From: Chlorokybus atmophyticus
Taxonomy: Eukaryota; Plantae; Mesostigma and Chlorokybus algae
Direction: 5' to 3'
Assembly: GCA_009103225.1 (NCBI GenBank)
Contig: RHPI01003156.1
Span: 102,537-166,536 of the forward strand
Length of the DNA: 64,000 nt
The translations under genes were made by a program, and so were the position numbers. The notes beneath the pieces were generated by a model that saw nothing but the letters and a program-made list of their open reading frames with translations, was not told where the DNA came from and did not search any database. Positions 1 to 12,343 of this stretch are shown piece after piece (the stretch's first letter is position 1; every line of letters begins with the position of its first letter).

Positions 1-590
1 ATGCTCAGGCGACGATGTTAGCCTGAGCATGCTTGCCGCCACCAGGCCAGCATGACCGAGCCAGCGGCGTGGCCTGGTGCTCTTGGTGTGGAGCACCAGG
101 CCGCCCGCCAGGCCACGAGCGGCGGCCTAACTGCGGTCAGCTGCGGCTCAATTGCAGCTGCAGCTGACCGCAGTCAGCCACCAGAGCACAGTCAATTTCA
201 AGCATTTCAGCCGCTGCTGGTCAGCTTATAAAGTCGGTCCGGCTACAGCCGGCCATAACGCACAATAAACACTGCCAACCGGACCACACCTGGTTCGACT
301 ATCTACCGGTATAGATGGGCACCAGCCATGGCTGCTACTTTGCATGCTTGTATGAACAGGGACCATTGATGGTCCTTACACATGATCATAACCGGTCCGA
401 CCTCTAACAGTTTTTGACCGGAACCAGCCTTGGTTCGGTTTTTTGGGGGACCGTGGGACAATTACGTACTGTTTGGACCAGCCCTGGTCCCCGCGTGCAA
501 ACCAAGGCAGCCGACCCTGGTCCGGACCCCAAGCCGCCCGGGCGTTTTGGCCCTGGTCCGTACGTGCGGACCAGGGCTGGTCCGTGGAAA
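1..590. repeat. Cluster of short perfect inverted repeats (hairpins), possibly the terminus of an unidentified transposon
   Basis: Stems at 1-10/21-30 (atgctcaggc/gcctgagcat), 71-82/91-102 (12 bp), 130-144/160-174 (15 bp) and 550-560/567-577 (11 bp). The ctggtcc/ggaccag motif recurs over 470-590. Confidence 0.6.
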
Positions 591-2370
591 ATATTCCGTG
601 TGCTACCACCTCAACTTTTTCATTCTCTGCCTTCTCCATGGCTGCAGCTAGAGTGAGACCCGTGACTGAGGCGGGCGGGGCCGCTGCTATAGGGACAGTA
701 ACCGATGGGCTATGCAGTGACGTGGCGGCCATTGTGCTGGCCAACTCGCCATAGCCATCAATCTTGTGCAACTCAGCGACGGACTTCCACACACCATGTG
801 CTTCGTGATCAAGGTATTGAGCGGACACATGAAACGATACCTCATCTGTCCAGTCCTTGCTCTTGAGGGCTTGCTGCCGCATCTTGGAGTGGAACTTGAT
901 GATGAGCTCGTCAAGTGAGGTGGTGCCAGGGCGTCCGGAGAAGCGTAGGGAGTTTGTTGAGCTGGAAGGCTCCATCTCTTCGTCGTCACTGTCCGACGGT
1001 GGTGGAGATGCTCGTTGGCGAGGAGTGGAGTGAGAGGAGGTGAAGCCGGAGACGGGGCGTGAGCCTCTGCTGCTACGGTAATCGCTCCCTTCACTTGCGC
1101 GCTCGTAGGTAAAGTTGGAGGTTGGGCTCCAGCTGTTGAGGTCCCCTTCTTCTATTGGCGAGAAAGGGGTGGGCCTGCTCATACAGCTGATGCGATGGTG
1201 AAAGTGGATGAAGGGTAGAGTGTTTGTGCTCTACAATGGGATCTCCAGTGCTGCTATCACTCAACACACTAGCGCTTGTGCGCGCTATGCGATGACGTGA
1301 CAACACTGCACTGCAATGTGTACAACTACAGATTGCGATGCTGATGTACAGCCTGCAACTACACTCACTTGAGCAAAGAGGGTGACACTGTAAGTCAACA
1401 AGCCACTACTATAGGTAATGCTGTTTACACAGTTGTTTGCATGAGTGGAAGAGAAATTACACTGTTAAGTGAGGTGAATGAGCAAGCAACACGTGGATGC
1501 TATGCCCTGACTGATGCCAACAAGCACACCGCGACCAAGTACACAAAGCTCACAGCAAGGACAAGCACAGTGCACAAGAACATGCACAGGCTCTCACACG
1601 GTGAGGGGATTCTTGGGAACCGGGACGGTGTGTTTCGTAGTTCAAGTCGCTTCACAAGCTCTTAGCTTTCTCACTTACAGTGTCACCAGTTGATCCGGTG
1701 AACACTGTGCCTACTTATACAAGTTAACTCATGACTGTCCGGAACATAAGCTAACGGTCATATCGAGGCTATTTCCACAGGAAATCCCCACTCGATATAG
1801 AACCCGACTTATAACTGAACTCACAACTGAACAGCTACGCGCGGTGCCTATGTAGGCTATGATCATGAGCTACTCTAGAGACATGACCTAGCTACTGGTC
1901 AGAGACGCGCGCGGGTTGTCATGCTGGTAAGCCGGGCGAGGGTCTCGCTGTAGGCATGCCCGATAACGACTGGCATGCTTGGGGGATAGGCATGACATAG
2001 TGTATACAGCAGCATCGATTATGTGTCGCATTATGATATTGTGATATACCACCTCAAAGTGATTGCGTAAGCGTCAATCCTACTTCTTTGATGTTTGTTA
2101 GAGCATGCACATACGCGTCCACATACTGACGACCATACACACTACTAATCTTTATACACAAAGCCACATTCTAAGCTGTTTGCCTCGGCCTTTTGGCGGC
2201 TGCCGCATTTTGCGCTGAAGCAAGCTGACATCTGCATGCCTGCCTTCTTCCTTAACCAGCTTGCCACTGTCCAGCGCCTCCTCCGCTTCGTCCACCGCCC
2301 TGCGCCTTCAAGTAGGGTTTGTTGTAGGGTGCGTTGCGTCACGCTTGTGACGACGGCCACCTAGGCCTCA
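376..2370 (-). mobile_element. Truncated LTR-retrotransposon 5' end: putative LTR (~1691-2370), PBS-like site and gag-like ORF 376-1182
   Basis: On the minus strand, ...TCA + AC + TGGTGACACTG at 1691-1678 has the same LTR-2nt-TGGT layout as the intact element at 55.6 kb. The ORF has a Ser-rich N-terminus and a capsid-like segment (KFHSKMRQQ...WTDEV...SAQYLDHEAHGVW). There is no pol and no second LTR; the outer LTR end at 2370 is a guess. Confidence 0.5.
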
Positions 2371-3157
2371 AGCTTGTCGTTACCATAACGACGGAAACCG
2401 TACGCGTCGTATGGTATTATACGACAAGTTGTAACAGCCCGTAACGCCCCATTGATTGATTATTGAATGTTTAACTACTCATCGTAGCGGCAAACTTTGA
2501 CGATGGCGTCAGTGGCGTCATTACAGACTTGTACTGTAATGTAATTCACAGTACCACGTTTCTACCGCCAATTGTAAGTTGAGCAGCTCGGCACCCGTTT
2601 CTCCCGCGCTGACTCGGACTCAGTACTGCACTCCGCTGCTAGGCAGCGGGCAACGGCGGCAGCGGCGGCGGTGGCGGTGGCGGCGGAAGAGGAGGCGGCG
2701 GCAAAGCAGGAAGACGAGCAGCGGGACGACGAGTCAGAGGGAAGGGGGGATATCTGCGTGGCTTGTGCGTTTAGCTGGTGTCCGCCGGCAAGAGGAGGGT
2801 TTCTTGAAGGCGGGAAGAAGCAACGAAGCGGCGCAGGCTAAAGGCTAGGCTGCCTGTGGCTGTGTGGGGGAGCCTCGGGCCCGGGGAGGGTGTGGTGTGG
2901 GTGTGTACGTGAGTGCAGGGCGTGGGTGAACAGTAAGTCCGTGTTAGGTGTGGGGAGATGAGGTAAGCTACGGCCCGCACAGCTGGATGCACGGTGGTGG
3001 TTGCTGCCTGTCGCAGACTTAGGCCGACTGCTACTGGTTGGTTGGCCCGGATAGGCCTGGCCGGGGAAAGGTGCGCTTGGATGGGTGTTGTGCCAAACAG
3101 GCGGGTGAGGAGAAGGCGGTAGGCCATTGAGCACGTGGGACCTCCTCTTTGGCGCCA

Positions 3158-6100
3158 ATGGTGGCGGACATGCGTGCAATGGGCCTGCTAGGCGCGTTTG
3201 GCGCCGGCGTCATAGCTGGCATTGTCGCCTGCCGCTTCTCCGTTGCCGCCTCCTTCTCCCCTGAAGAGAAACCGCAGCCGCCCCGCTTCAGGAGGAAGTC
3301 TGGTCTTGGCGCCGGTGCAGGCGGCTGCAACGGTGGAGGAGCCGGGGCTAATGTGCTCGCTGGTTGCGCACCCGTCGCACCCGTCGAGCTTGTTGAAGCG
3401 GGGGGCCGCATCTCTTCGCCTTTAGGGGTACGTGCTGCTGTTTGCTCGTGCCTTGCAAGCATCCAATTCCGCAACACATTGCAAGTCAGTCGCACAGTGC
3501 ACACAGACATGTTCTTGCATGGCATTGCACTTCTTGTTTCTCCCACTTCTTTGTTTACATTGGAGCAAGCAGTTGTGGTAAATGCACTGCATTGCGCTTC
3601 TGGCTTCTCCCACTACTTTATTCACGTTGCAGCAAGCAGTTGTGGTAATGGCAGTCGTAGGCAGAACTGGTATGTCACCACGATCAGCTTACACTCGCAG
3701 TCCATGTATAGTGCAATGTCATGACGATGTTGCCACTACTACCAACATCAACAATGTTGCGTGGCGAGTCACTGCTCTACTGGGGTTCACACCGCTCCGT
3801 GCATGCAAACTGAAGCAAACTCTTGTACTCTTGTTGTATGTTAACATGCAGAGAGCACATTCGTGTCAGTACGTCAATGCTTGTCGCTCAGGGTGTGCAG
3901 TTAAAGCGATTGTCACCTGTGACAGTGGTTTTCTTTAACAACATTCTATGAGATGGTTGACAGCACCTCTGATTCACGGGTGTGACACCTTTTCAGAGTT
4001 GTGACACAGAAGCGGACACCTACACCAGCCTATTGGAGATCCATCGGGACATCTCTGGTCAGCATAACGTGCAGGACGCCATCGCGTGCGCCATCTCTGC
4101 GACATACAGGCTTCTCAACTCCGATCGAGTTTCCTTCTTCCTCAGTACGCACGCAATTGTAAATGATGTATACATACAACCAGCAACCGGGCGACAACAT
4201 GTGCACTATCGCTTTGTCACCTGACAAGTGATTCAATGAACTGGCCCTCAGCGCTTCGTGGAGGGTTGGGCAAGCGCTCAAACTGTTTTTGCTGATTTGG
4301 TTGAGTGTGTATGCATGCGGTGTTGGCTGATTTGCATTGATCTTGCAGTTGATGAGGTGAAGAACGAGTTGTATGTGGCTGTTTCTGAAGATGCTGTGGG
4401 AAGGCGGATCCCAATCGGGAGTGGCATTGCTGGCGCAGTTGCCAAGACCGGCAAGCCTGTGAATGTCATGGATGTGTACTGTGATCAGCGCTTCAGCATG
4501 GTGAGGGTTGCAGAAGTAGTCGTTGGCCGCCCGAGTGTGTGCCACAATATTTCACCGCTAACACGCCCGCTTGCAGGCATTTGATGCAGTCACTGGCTAC
4601 CGCACGCGCTCGCTGCTGGGCGTCCCTGTACACGCACCCTCGGGGCAGGTGACCAATCAATGTTGTCATATGTTCAAGTTGTGTACAGTTACCTTGCAAC
4701 TTGACATGCTGATATCTGCCTTGCAGGTGGTGGGTGTATTGGAGGCTGTCAACAAAATAGAAGACCCCAACCTCCCTTTTGTGAAGTTCACATCCCATGA
4801 CGAGTTCATACTGTCCTCTATCGCTGACATTGCTGGTGGAGTTCTTGTGAAGTTGCAGATGTATGAAGCTGAACTGTTGGAGCGAAGAAAGGTTAGGGCT
4901 TGTTTCGCTGTTGTCAGCGTACTTATGGGGATGAGTTGTCAGTTGGTGGTGTTGTTACCGATTTTGCACGTGTTGCAGACTGATGCCATGCTGGACATGA
5001 TGAAAGCAGTGTCTAGCGTCGCACTGGAGTTCCCGGCTTTGGTTGAGAAGATTGTTGCAGTGCTTGTCAGGCTGCTTCAGGCAGATGGGGTGCGTGCCTT
5101 TTGTGTGCGTGCATTGATGGCAATGCCGCCTAGAGTGGCATTGCCGCGTGTTATGCTTGCCTTGCCAATTGGGATTATGCAGATCTCGTTGTTTTTGGTC
5201 GATCCCATCAAGCAAGAGCTCTGGACAGTGTGGCAAGCCCGCAATATGTACGGACGCTGCCAGATAGGAAGGGGCCTGGTTGGTTATTGCGCGCAAACCA
5301 AGGACATCATCAATTGGTATGTTGCATCTGTGAGTTTTCAGCTGTACAACCCAAGAACAACAAGAGTCATGGCAAGATGCAGCATGCTGTCATTGAATGG
5401 CCAGTATTGCGTTGATTGTGTGTCAAAAACAAGCCAACACTGTCGTTTGACGACATTATACGTCTCTGTGGTGCGGTTATGCAGCCCTGACACACGGAAT
5501 GATCCGCGCTTTGATCCTGTAGTAGACGCGTTGGTACTGGGCTCCGACGCTGATGCCGCCAGCAGGTGTGTGTATGCATGGACAGATTGTCGCTGTGGTT
5601 ACAAGTTTCTTCTCCTGGACGTGTGGCGACATTGTGGTTTCATTACTTGAGACTGATTATTGTGCACATTGCCTGCACACCTTTGCCAACATGATCAATT
5701 GTGGCAGGGCTCGCACCATACTTTGTCTTCCTGTGTTTGACCAGTTGGGACATCTGGTGGCTGTCATTGAGGCAGTCAATAAACGGGCTGGTAGAGTGTC
5801 GCCATTGAGGTACTTGCACCGTCATCCAGTACATGACCTGGCAAAATATGTTGCTAGGCCTGTTGTTGAGATGGCCATTGTCTATGGCAGTTCCTCGGGG
5901 TACCACGGTGTCTCACCACGCACAAGCCACAGCGATGCCGCCAACTCTCCGCGCAGAACACGCAGCTTCAAGGTCAGTGCCTCGTGCAGTGTGCCAGCAA
6001 TGCAATCTAGTGGGCGGCGCCGGTGGAGGGTGGAGGAGGACCTCTATCTGTGCAACTGCAACAGGGCCTGTGTGTGATTACCGACATCAGATCGTTCTTC

Positions 6101-8614
6101 CTCTCCCTCTCACTGCAGGTTGAGATGGCCAACGGAACCTCTACCCGTGATGTTGTGGCTTCATTGGCGCCATCCGTGGTGAAACCTTTCATCGACCAGG
6201 TGCAACTTTTGGCGTTGACACCTGTTAGTGTCAGACTGCCAACACGTTGCGCAGTTGTCAATGTATGTTGGTATCTGTCAACACGCTCACGCGCTCTACT
6301 GTCTGATGTCAGGACATTGAGGTGCTGCAGGCAGTCTGCGGGGAACTCAGCGCAGCGCTGTCCAAGAAGACGCTGGAAGCTGTTTACACGAAGGTATTGT
6401 TTTCAGCTCATTGCAAACAAGTTGATTGGTGCAGTTGGTGTCCGCGTGTCACAGCCAGTTGCTTAGTTGTTTATGATTGCCGTCTGACTGAGCGGTGTTG
6501 CTGCAGCTACTGCGCGATGATGCATCGGTGGACTCATCATTCGTGTCACTGTACTCCGAGCCTGTAGATAGGAGTAATGAGCTTGACTACATGAGTCCGG
6601 CAAACGCCAATCGCTGCATTTTTGTAAGCCGCTGAGGAAATGACATGTGCTTGAAAGAAGCTTGTACGCAAACTGAACGGTATGTTTTCAGGACTTGACA
6701 CAAACCTTCACATTCGATGTACTAGAGGCTAGCGACGAGGAGCTGCTGCAGTACATCGAGCAGATGTTCTTGTACTTTGACTTGTTCTCGAAGTTCAAGG
6801 TAAGCCCTTTGCTTGGCATGCGAACATAAATTAAAGTCTGAGCCAAACTACCAGCTGCTTTGTGATTTCCATGCCAAGGTATAGGATTCTTTAGCTGTTT
6901 CTTTCATGTGCGCGGCTTTCAGATCTTGCATATGACAATTATAACTGCATTGCAAGCGTCAATGCAAGCTGGTACAGAGTTTGATCTTCAAGGTTGCGCA
7001 CGATTACATACAAAGACGCACATTATTGATCAGATGTCGATAGGAAGATGTAGTTATAGTGTCAACGAAAGTGTCTAGCATTATTGTAGTTTGCGTGTGC
7101 TGAGGCGTTCCTGGATAATGGTTGTCATGGTCCCTGTTACTGCTTCCAGGTTCCCCTACCTGTATTCCGCGCATTCTTAGCTTCCGCCGCGAACAAGTAC
7201 CGCAAGGTGGCTTACCATAATTTTCGGCATGGCGCTGCTGTATGCCAGGTACAGTTACCTGTACTCCGGGCCCCGTATATGCCATGTGCATGTGCATGTA
7301 TTGGTGCAGTGTTGGAGTACAGCATACGCAATTTCTTGAGTAGCGATGTGGCTGTGCAGATGGCATTCTACATGTTGGCATCAACGACGCTTTCCTCTCG
7401 ACTCACGCCGCTAGACATCTTTGCGTGCCTCGTGGCCGCCCTCTGTCACGACGTGGATCATCCCGGCTGCACGAACGCCTTTGAGGTTAATCGAGGCTCT
7501 GAACTGGCGCGCCTCTATAACGATGTGTCAGTTCTAGAGAACCATCACGCCTGCACGCTGTTCACGCTGCTCGATGACCCCCAGTGCAACATTTTTGCGT
7601 CTCTGGACCAGAAACAACGTGTGCAGATGCGCAAGGTACGTGACCATGTTATTGCATGCGTGTTGGATGATGTGCATTTGTCTGTGCATTTGTATGTGTG
7701 CATGTGTGTGTGTGCCATGGTGGTGAAGATTACGCGCTGTCTGCTGCCTTAGTAATACCCGTATGCAGACCATTATCTCTGCAATCCTGGCAACAGACAT
7801 GGTGCATCATCAATCATCCTGTGATGTGCTCAAGGTGCGTTTGTGCTTCAGCGCTGGATGTCTGCAGCTTCAGCATTTCCCACCGCATTGCATACTAGTC
7901 TCATATCTGGTTTGGTATTTACATCTGACATGTAATGCAGGAAGCGCTGCTGAATCATGAAGACCCTCTTTCCGCACCCCCTCTTGATAGCAACCAGTTT
8001 GTTATCAATACGGTTCTCCATGCCGCCGACCTCGGGTCCTCCGTGCTTCCCAGAGCCCTCGCTGTGAAGTGGGCCAACCTTATCCTTGAAGAGTTCAGGT
8101 CAGCATGCAGCACTTTCTCAGTCTACTCTGAGTGATGAACAAACTTTAACAACAATTATGCATGTTAGTACTTGTGCATGAAAAAGCATGAGCATCACAA
8201 GTTTCTGTACCATCCTGCAGGTTGCAAGCAGAGGCAGAACGGCAGTTAGGGCTGCCTATCGCGGCCTTCATGAACCATATGAACTGCGAGCTAAACTGCG
8301 CGAGGGTTCAGGTACGATTGAATGTGGTGCCTGTCTCTCTTTCGACACGCTTGCATGTGTTGAGCCCGTGCTGTCCACAAACAGCCCAGCCCCCTTGATG
8401 CTTTTGTGCATGCACTTATGTTGTTCCTCTGCAGGTCAACTTTGTCAACTATGTTGTGAGCCCGCTTTGGGGAGCGCTGGCGTCCATATTCCCCGATCTC
8501 GCTCCGTGCATGGCCCATCTGGAAGACAACCGGCAGCACTACATACAGGAGCTTGAGCGTTTGACTGTGACGCACCGCTGCAACAGCCACTGTAATTTTG
8601 AGGTTGCCCGATAG
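3158..8614 (+). CDS. Class I cyclic-nucleotide phosphodiesterase with two GAF domains (multi-exon; start approximate)
   Basis: GAF exons: IDEVKNELY...IPIGSGIAGAVAKTGKPVNV..Y.D.RF, TRSLLGVPV, VVGVLEAVNK...F...DE, and a second GAF (LFLVDPIKQELW...GRGLVGY, RTILCLPV...VAVIEAVNK). Catalytic motifs YHNFRH, HDVDHPGCTN, LENHH, ILATDM, LHAADL and QVNFVNYVV. GT-AG junctions; stop TAG at 8612-8614. Confidence 0.92.
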
Positions 8615-9299
8615 CAAGCAAGCGTGTGCACACGCACTGTTCTCCCCGTCCACTCCCCTGGAATCCCACGTTGTTTGTAGGGATCAACCTAGGTTGACCC
8701 TCACCCAATTTGCTTTCTGTCCTGGTGCTTCCCCCGGTTTGTAAATTTTTATTTTTGTGTTGGATGTGTGGCAAGTTGATTGCAGCCACTGGCACTGCGC
8801 AGTCCAGCACTAATTTCAATCGTTCATTGGTGTGTAATCCTGTGGCGTTCGCTTCAAGTGTGCATAGTTAGCTATCACCTCTTAGCTCCTGTGCAGCATG
8901 CACTGCATGTTGGAAAGGATGTTGCATGCATGCCATCTTTCATTGGTTATTTGCATCACTGTTATTGCTGGTGAAAACATGCATAACTTGTACACGGGCA
9001 GCAGTTGGAAGCAAATGCGCACAACCTGGCGTCAATGTACTCGCTGCGACCAAAGTTGCCATCCTTAACAATAACTTTTGGCATAGGCCCAATGTGCACG
9101 GTGCCCCTCCACCATGCATTTACCTTAAGGATTGCGCAGTTTGCTAACATATCTGCCCTGCATATTGCCATGCAGCGCACGTGTCGTTGCTAAGAATGGC
9201 TCAGTTGCCATTTCTTGGGTACAGAGCACCATTCTGCTTATAGCTTTCAACAAGACCCTGAGCTCAACATGAGCATAATGTACTTGTGTGTCATTGCAC

Positions 9300-9523
9300 T
9301 TAGGCAGCAGTGCTGACACTCTGCGGCGGGACCGTGCGGCAGCGGGAGGCGTCGTGCGCGCAGCCGTCGTACAACTGAAATTGCATCAAGTTCTGTGGGG
9401 ATCTTGCCTGCGCGTCCGTCAGTGCCACACACGCGCACCGCGTCCCCTCCTGTCCAGTTTTGCTCACCCGTCGCGGCACGCCCTCGTCGCACCACACCTG
9501 GCGGGGAGGGAGGAGATGCAAGC

Positions 9524-9555
<32 letters not shown>

Positions 9556-11101
9556 GCTGCTGTGTGGTTACAGTTATATGTTACATGGTTACAGTCATAG
9601 CATGTGTGCACATAAGTGCATGCAGCTGTGCGCTGTGTGCGCTGTGCATGCGCGCACATGTGTGTATGTGTGTCCATGCATGCGTGCATATGCGTGAACA
9701 GAAATACGTGCGTGCATATATGCGAATCAGCAATTGCGTGCCCTTGTGCGTGACAATTTCGTGCTTACTTCGCCTCCTTCTGCTTGGCTCCATCGCGTGT
9801 TGCAGTTGGGATACTGCGCCGCCTCTCTCTTCTGCGCAGCCATGGCCACGTCCGCAATCCTTGCCTGAGACAAGAACAGGAATCCTTTCAACGACCTCAT
9901 CCATTGGCTTATATTCATCATATATTGTGTTCTCACCTTTTCCTCCACACTGTGAAGTGCTGCCGTGGGTTCCCCGTGCGCATCATAATAGCGGCCCTGC
10001 AGCTTGCCCAAAGGCCTGCACGAGAATTGTTTGACTATGCTTGAAACTCTTGCAGTTACAGTAACACTTATCAAGTACTCACACGTATGTGGTCTCAAAG
10101 AACGCCCGCCACTCCACCAGCCTTTTCATCTGCCCGCAAGGACGCATCATACCAACAACTTGCACACGAGACACATGCAAAGTGACATGCCTGCTGCGGC
10201 GTGAAGTCCGACACGTTATCGGTCAACCCACCCTCTGCGCACAAAGGCCCACACCACATGCTTGGGTGACACAACAACATTGATAACAACATCATCTTCA
10301 ACAGACTGACCTGTGAAGTCTCCTGTCATAAAAGCCCGCGATGCATCCCTGCACAGCGCACACACGCAGTTAATGTGGTGTTGTGTGTGTGAGAACGTGT
10401 CACACAAGTCAATGTACCTGCCGGTGAAGTGGCGATAGCCCCCTTTCTTGCCGTAAAACTTATCGCCCGCCGTGACATCAAACACGCTCCTGCGCAAAGT
10501 CCAACCAATCGATACTCGCACATCCCGTGTGCATAAACTGCCTACACTGCCAGATTGCCTTGTAGAGTACGTGCACATGTGAGTAAAGAGGGGAGCAAGA
10601 TGCCAGTATCGTGGCCAACCATGTGTGTGTATGCATGCATGTGTGTGTGTGCACGCGCACGCACGCAAGTTGCAATATCAAAAAGTCCTGTATGTACACA
10701 ATGTAAGTCCTTACCCCAGGATGCTCAAATACAGTTCCCTCCCCGAGCTGGAGTCATGCGAGCGCAATTCCTCAGCCGTCATCACCACAACCTGCTGTAA
10801 GCAAGCAACAGCAAGCCACGCACACAAGTACACAGGGACAGATTTCGCAGTCGCAGAGACATGATTACAAAAGGCAATGTTTAGTCTCATCTTTGCACAT
10901 GCATACCTCTTGCCCCTGCTGCCCCTGCTGGTGCTGGTGCTGCTGCGTTTGGTGTATCCATGTCGCCGCCCCCCACGCCAGCAGGGGCACCACCACCGCC
11001 GCCACCAGCGGCAGCAGCCTGCCGCTGGCGGCGCTGCGCCGAGGCGCCACCGCCTTGACGACCCCAACGCCCTCGCCCTTGTCGCTGTCGTCGTCGGCCA
11101 T
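9300..11101 (-). CDS. MAPR4: Membrane-anchored cytochrome b5-like heme/steroid-binding protein (neuferricin/CYB5D2/MAPR4-like), multi-exon
   Basis: N-terminal TM segment (LLPLVAAVVVPLLAWGAA), then MTAEELRSHD...LYLSILG / VFDVTAGDKFYGKKGGYRHFTGR / DASRAFMTGDF. C-terminal YPNCNTRWSQAEGGEVWC...PR...RCACV is typical of the neuferricin subgroup. Confidence 0.85.
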
Positions 11102-12343
11102 GCCCGCAAGACCAGCACAACACCTTCGCTTTCTCTCGCTTTTTCCCCGTGCGCGCCCACGTGACCGCCTGCACCAGCGCCCTCTCTCTCGTACTAGGCT
11201 GTGGCGTCTGGACTACTACTGGGTAGTAGTAGGGCTAACAGTAGTGATGATGTGCCTTGCGGGCGTGGCGTGGAGGAGGGATCGCCTACGCACGTGTGAA
11301 GCATGCGGCATGCCTGCAGGAGGAGGCCTGGCCTTGCCCTCAGGTATCGCTGCGCTCTTCTGCGCGTGGTCCATTGCGTGCATCCGAAGGCTTGCGTGCA
11401 CAGCTATTTCATAGCATATGGTTAGATAGATAGAGGGGGCCCCCGATAGCATACTTGAAATCTTGCGAAGACTGTGTGCATGGGTGATTGTTGCTGACAC
11501 GGTTGCGCTCTCTCAGTGCGCACGCGCGTGTTGGGGAGGGAGGCGGGGTATTTAGTAGATGATTCGTGAAGTCGACACTATGCTGTCATGCATGCCCAGT
11601 CTTTCCGGTCATCAACCACCACTACACGGTGCGCACAGCACTGTTTGGTGGTGATGGAATGAGGTGGGTGCGCGGGTGCATGGGCTTGTGCAGCCATTGG
11701 CTGTCGCGACTCCCGCTTGCTCAGCTCATGTGTCATGTCATGTTTTGTGTAGGCCTACCGCACTCACGGCGAGCCTCTCTACGCCGCCGCCACCGCAAGA
11801 TGCACTCACAACAGGCAGGACATTTGCGTTGGTAACATGGGTTGAAGTTACAAAACTCAGGTGCTCATTCGGTACGTATAGCTCAGTGGTAGCGGCTGAC
11901 TGCAGATCAGCAGGCCCGGCCCGCTTGGCACGTGCAAAGCAGTAGTAGAGTACAATAGCTTGCATGCGAGCGTGCATGTGTGCATGTGTGCACGGGCTGT
12001 CTCATTTCGATGGGTTTTGCTAGTCGCGCAAGACGTGGCTTGGCTTCTCTCCCAGTTCACCAGACACGGCCAGTATTCAAATTGTAGTACGGGTATATAT
12101 ATGGGTACACAAGAGTTCATGGCCACAACATCACATCGCGTTTGCCACATACACTTGGTCACAAACTGCAAGAAGGGCAGTAGTTGTGTGGGCGACGATC
12201 GCTCTTCCACATCAAGACCAGACAACACACGTGTGCAAGTACAAAACTCATTGGATGTACTGTTATCGTACAAGAGCTCAGAGTTCTATAATACAAATTG
12301 AATTGGGTGAAGGCATACTCTATGCTACACCGCACGCAATGAA

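Noticed and set aside
4571-5650. 359-aa ORF as a standalone gene
   Set aside because: It is PDE exons read through stop-free introns; the same holds for 35758-36690 in SEC1.
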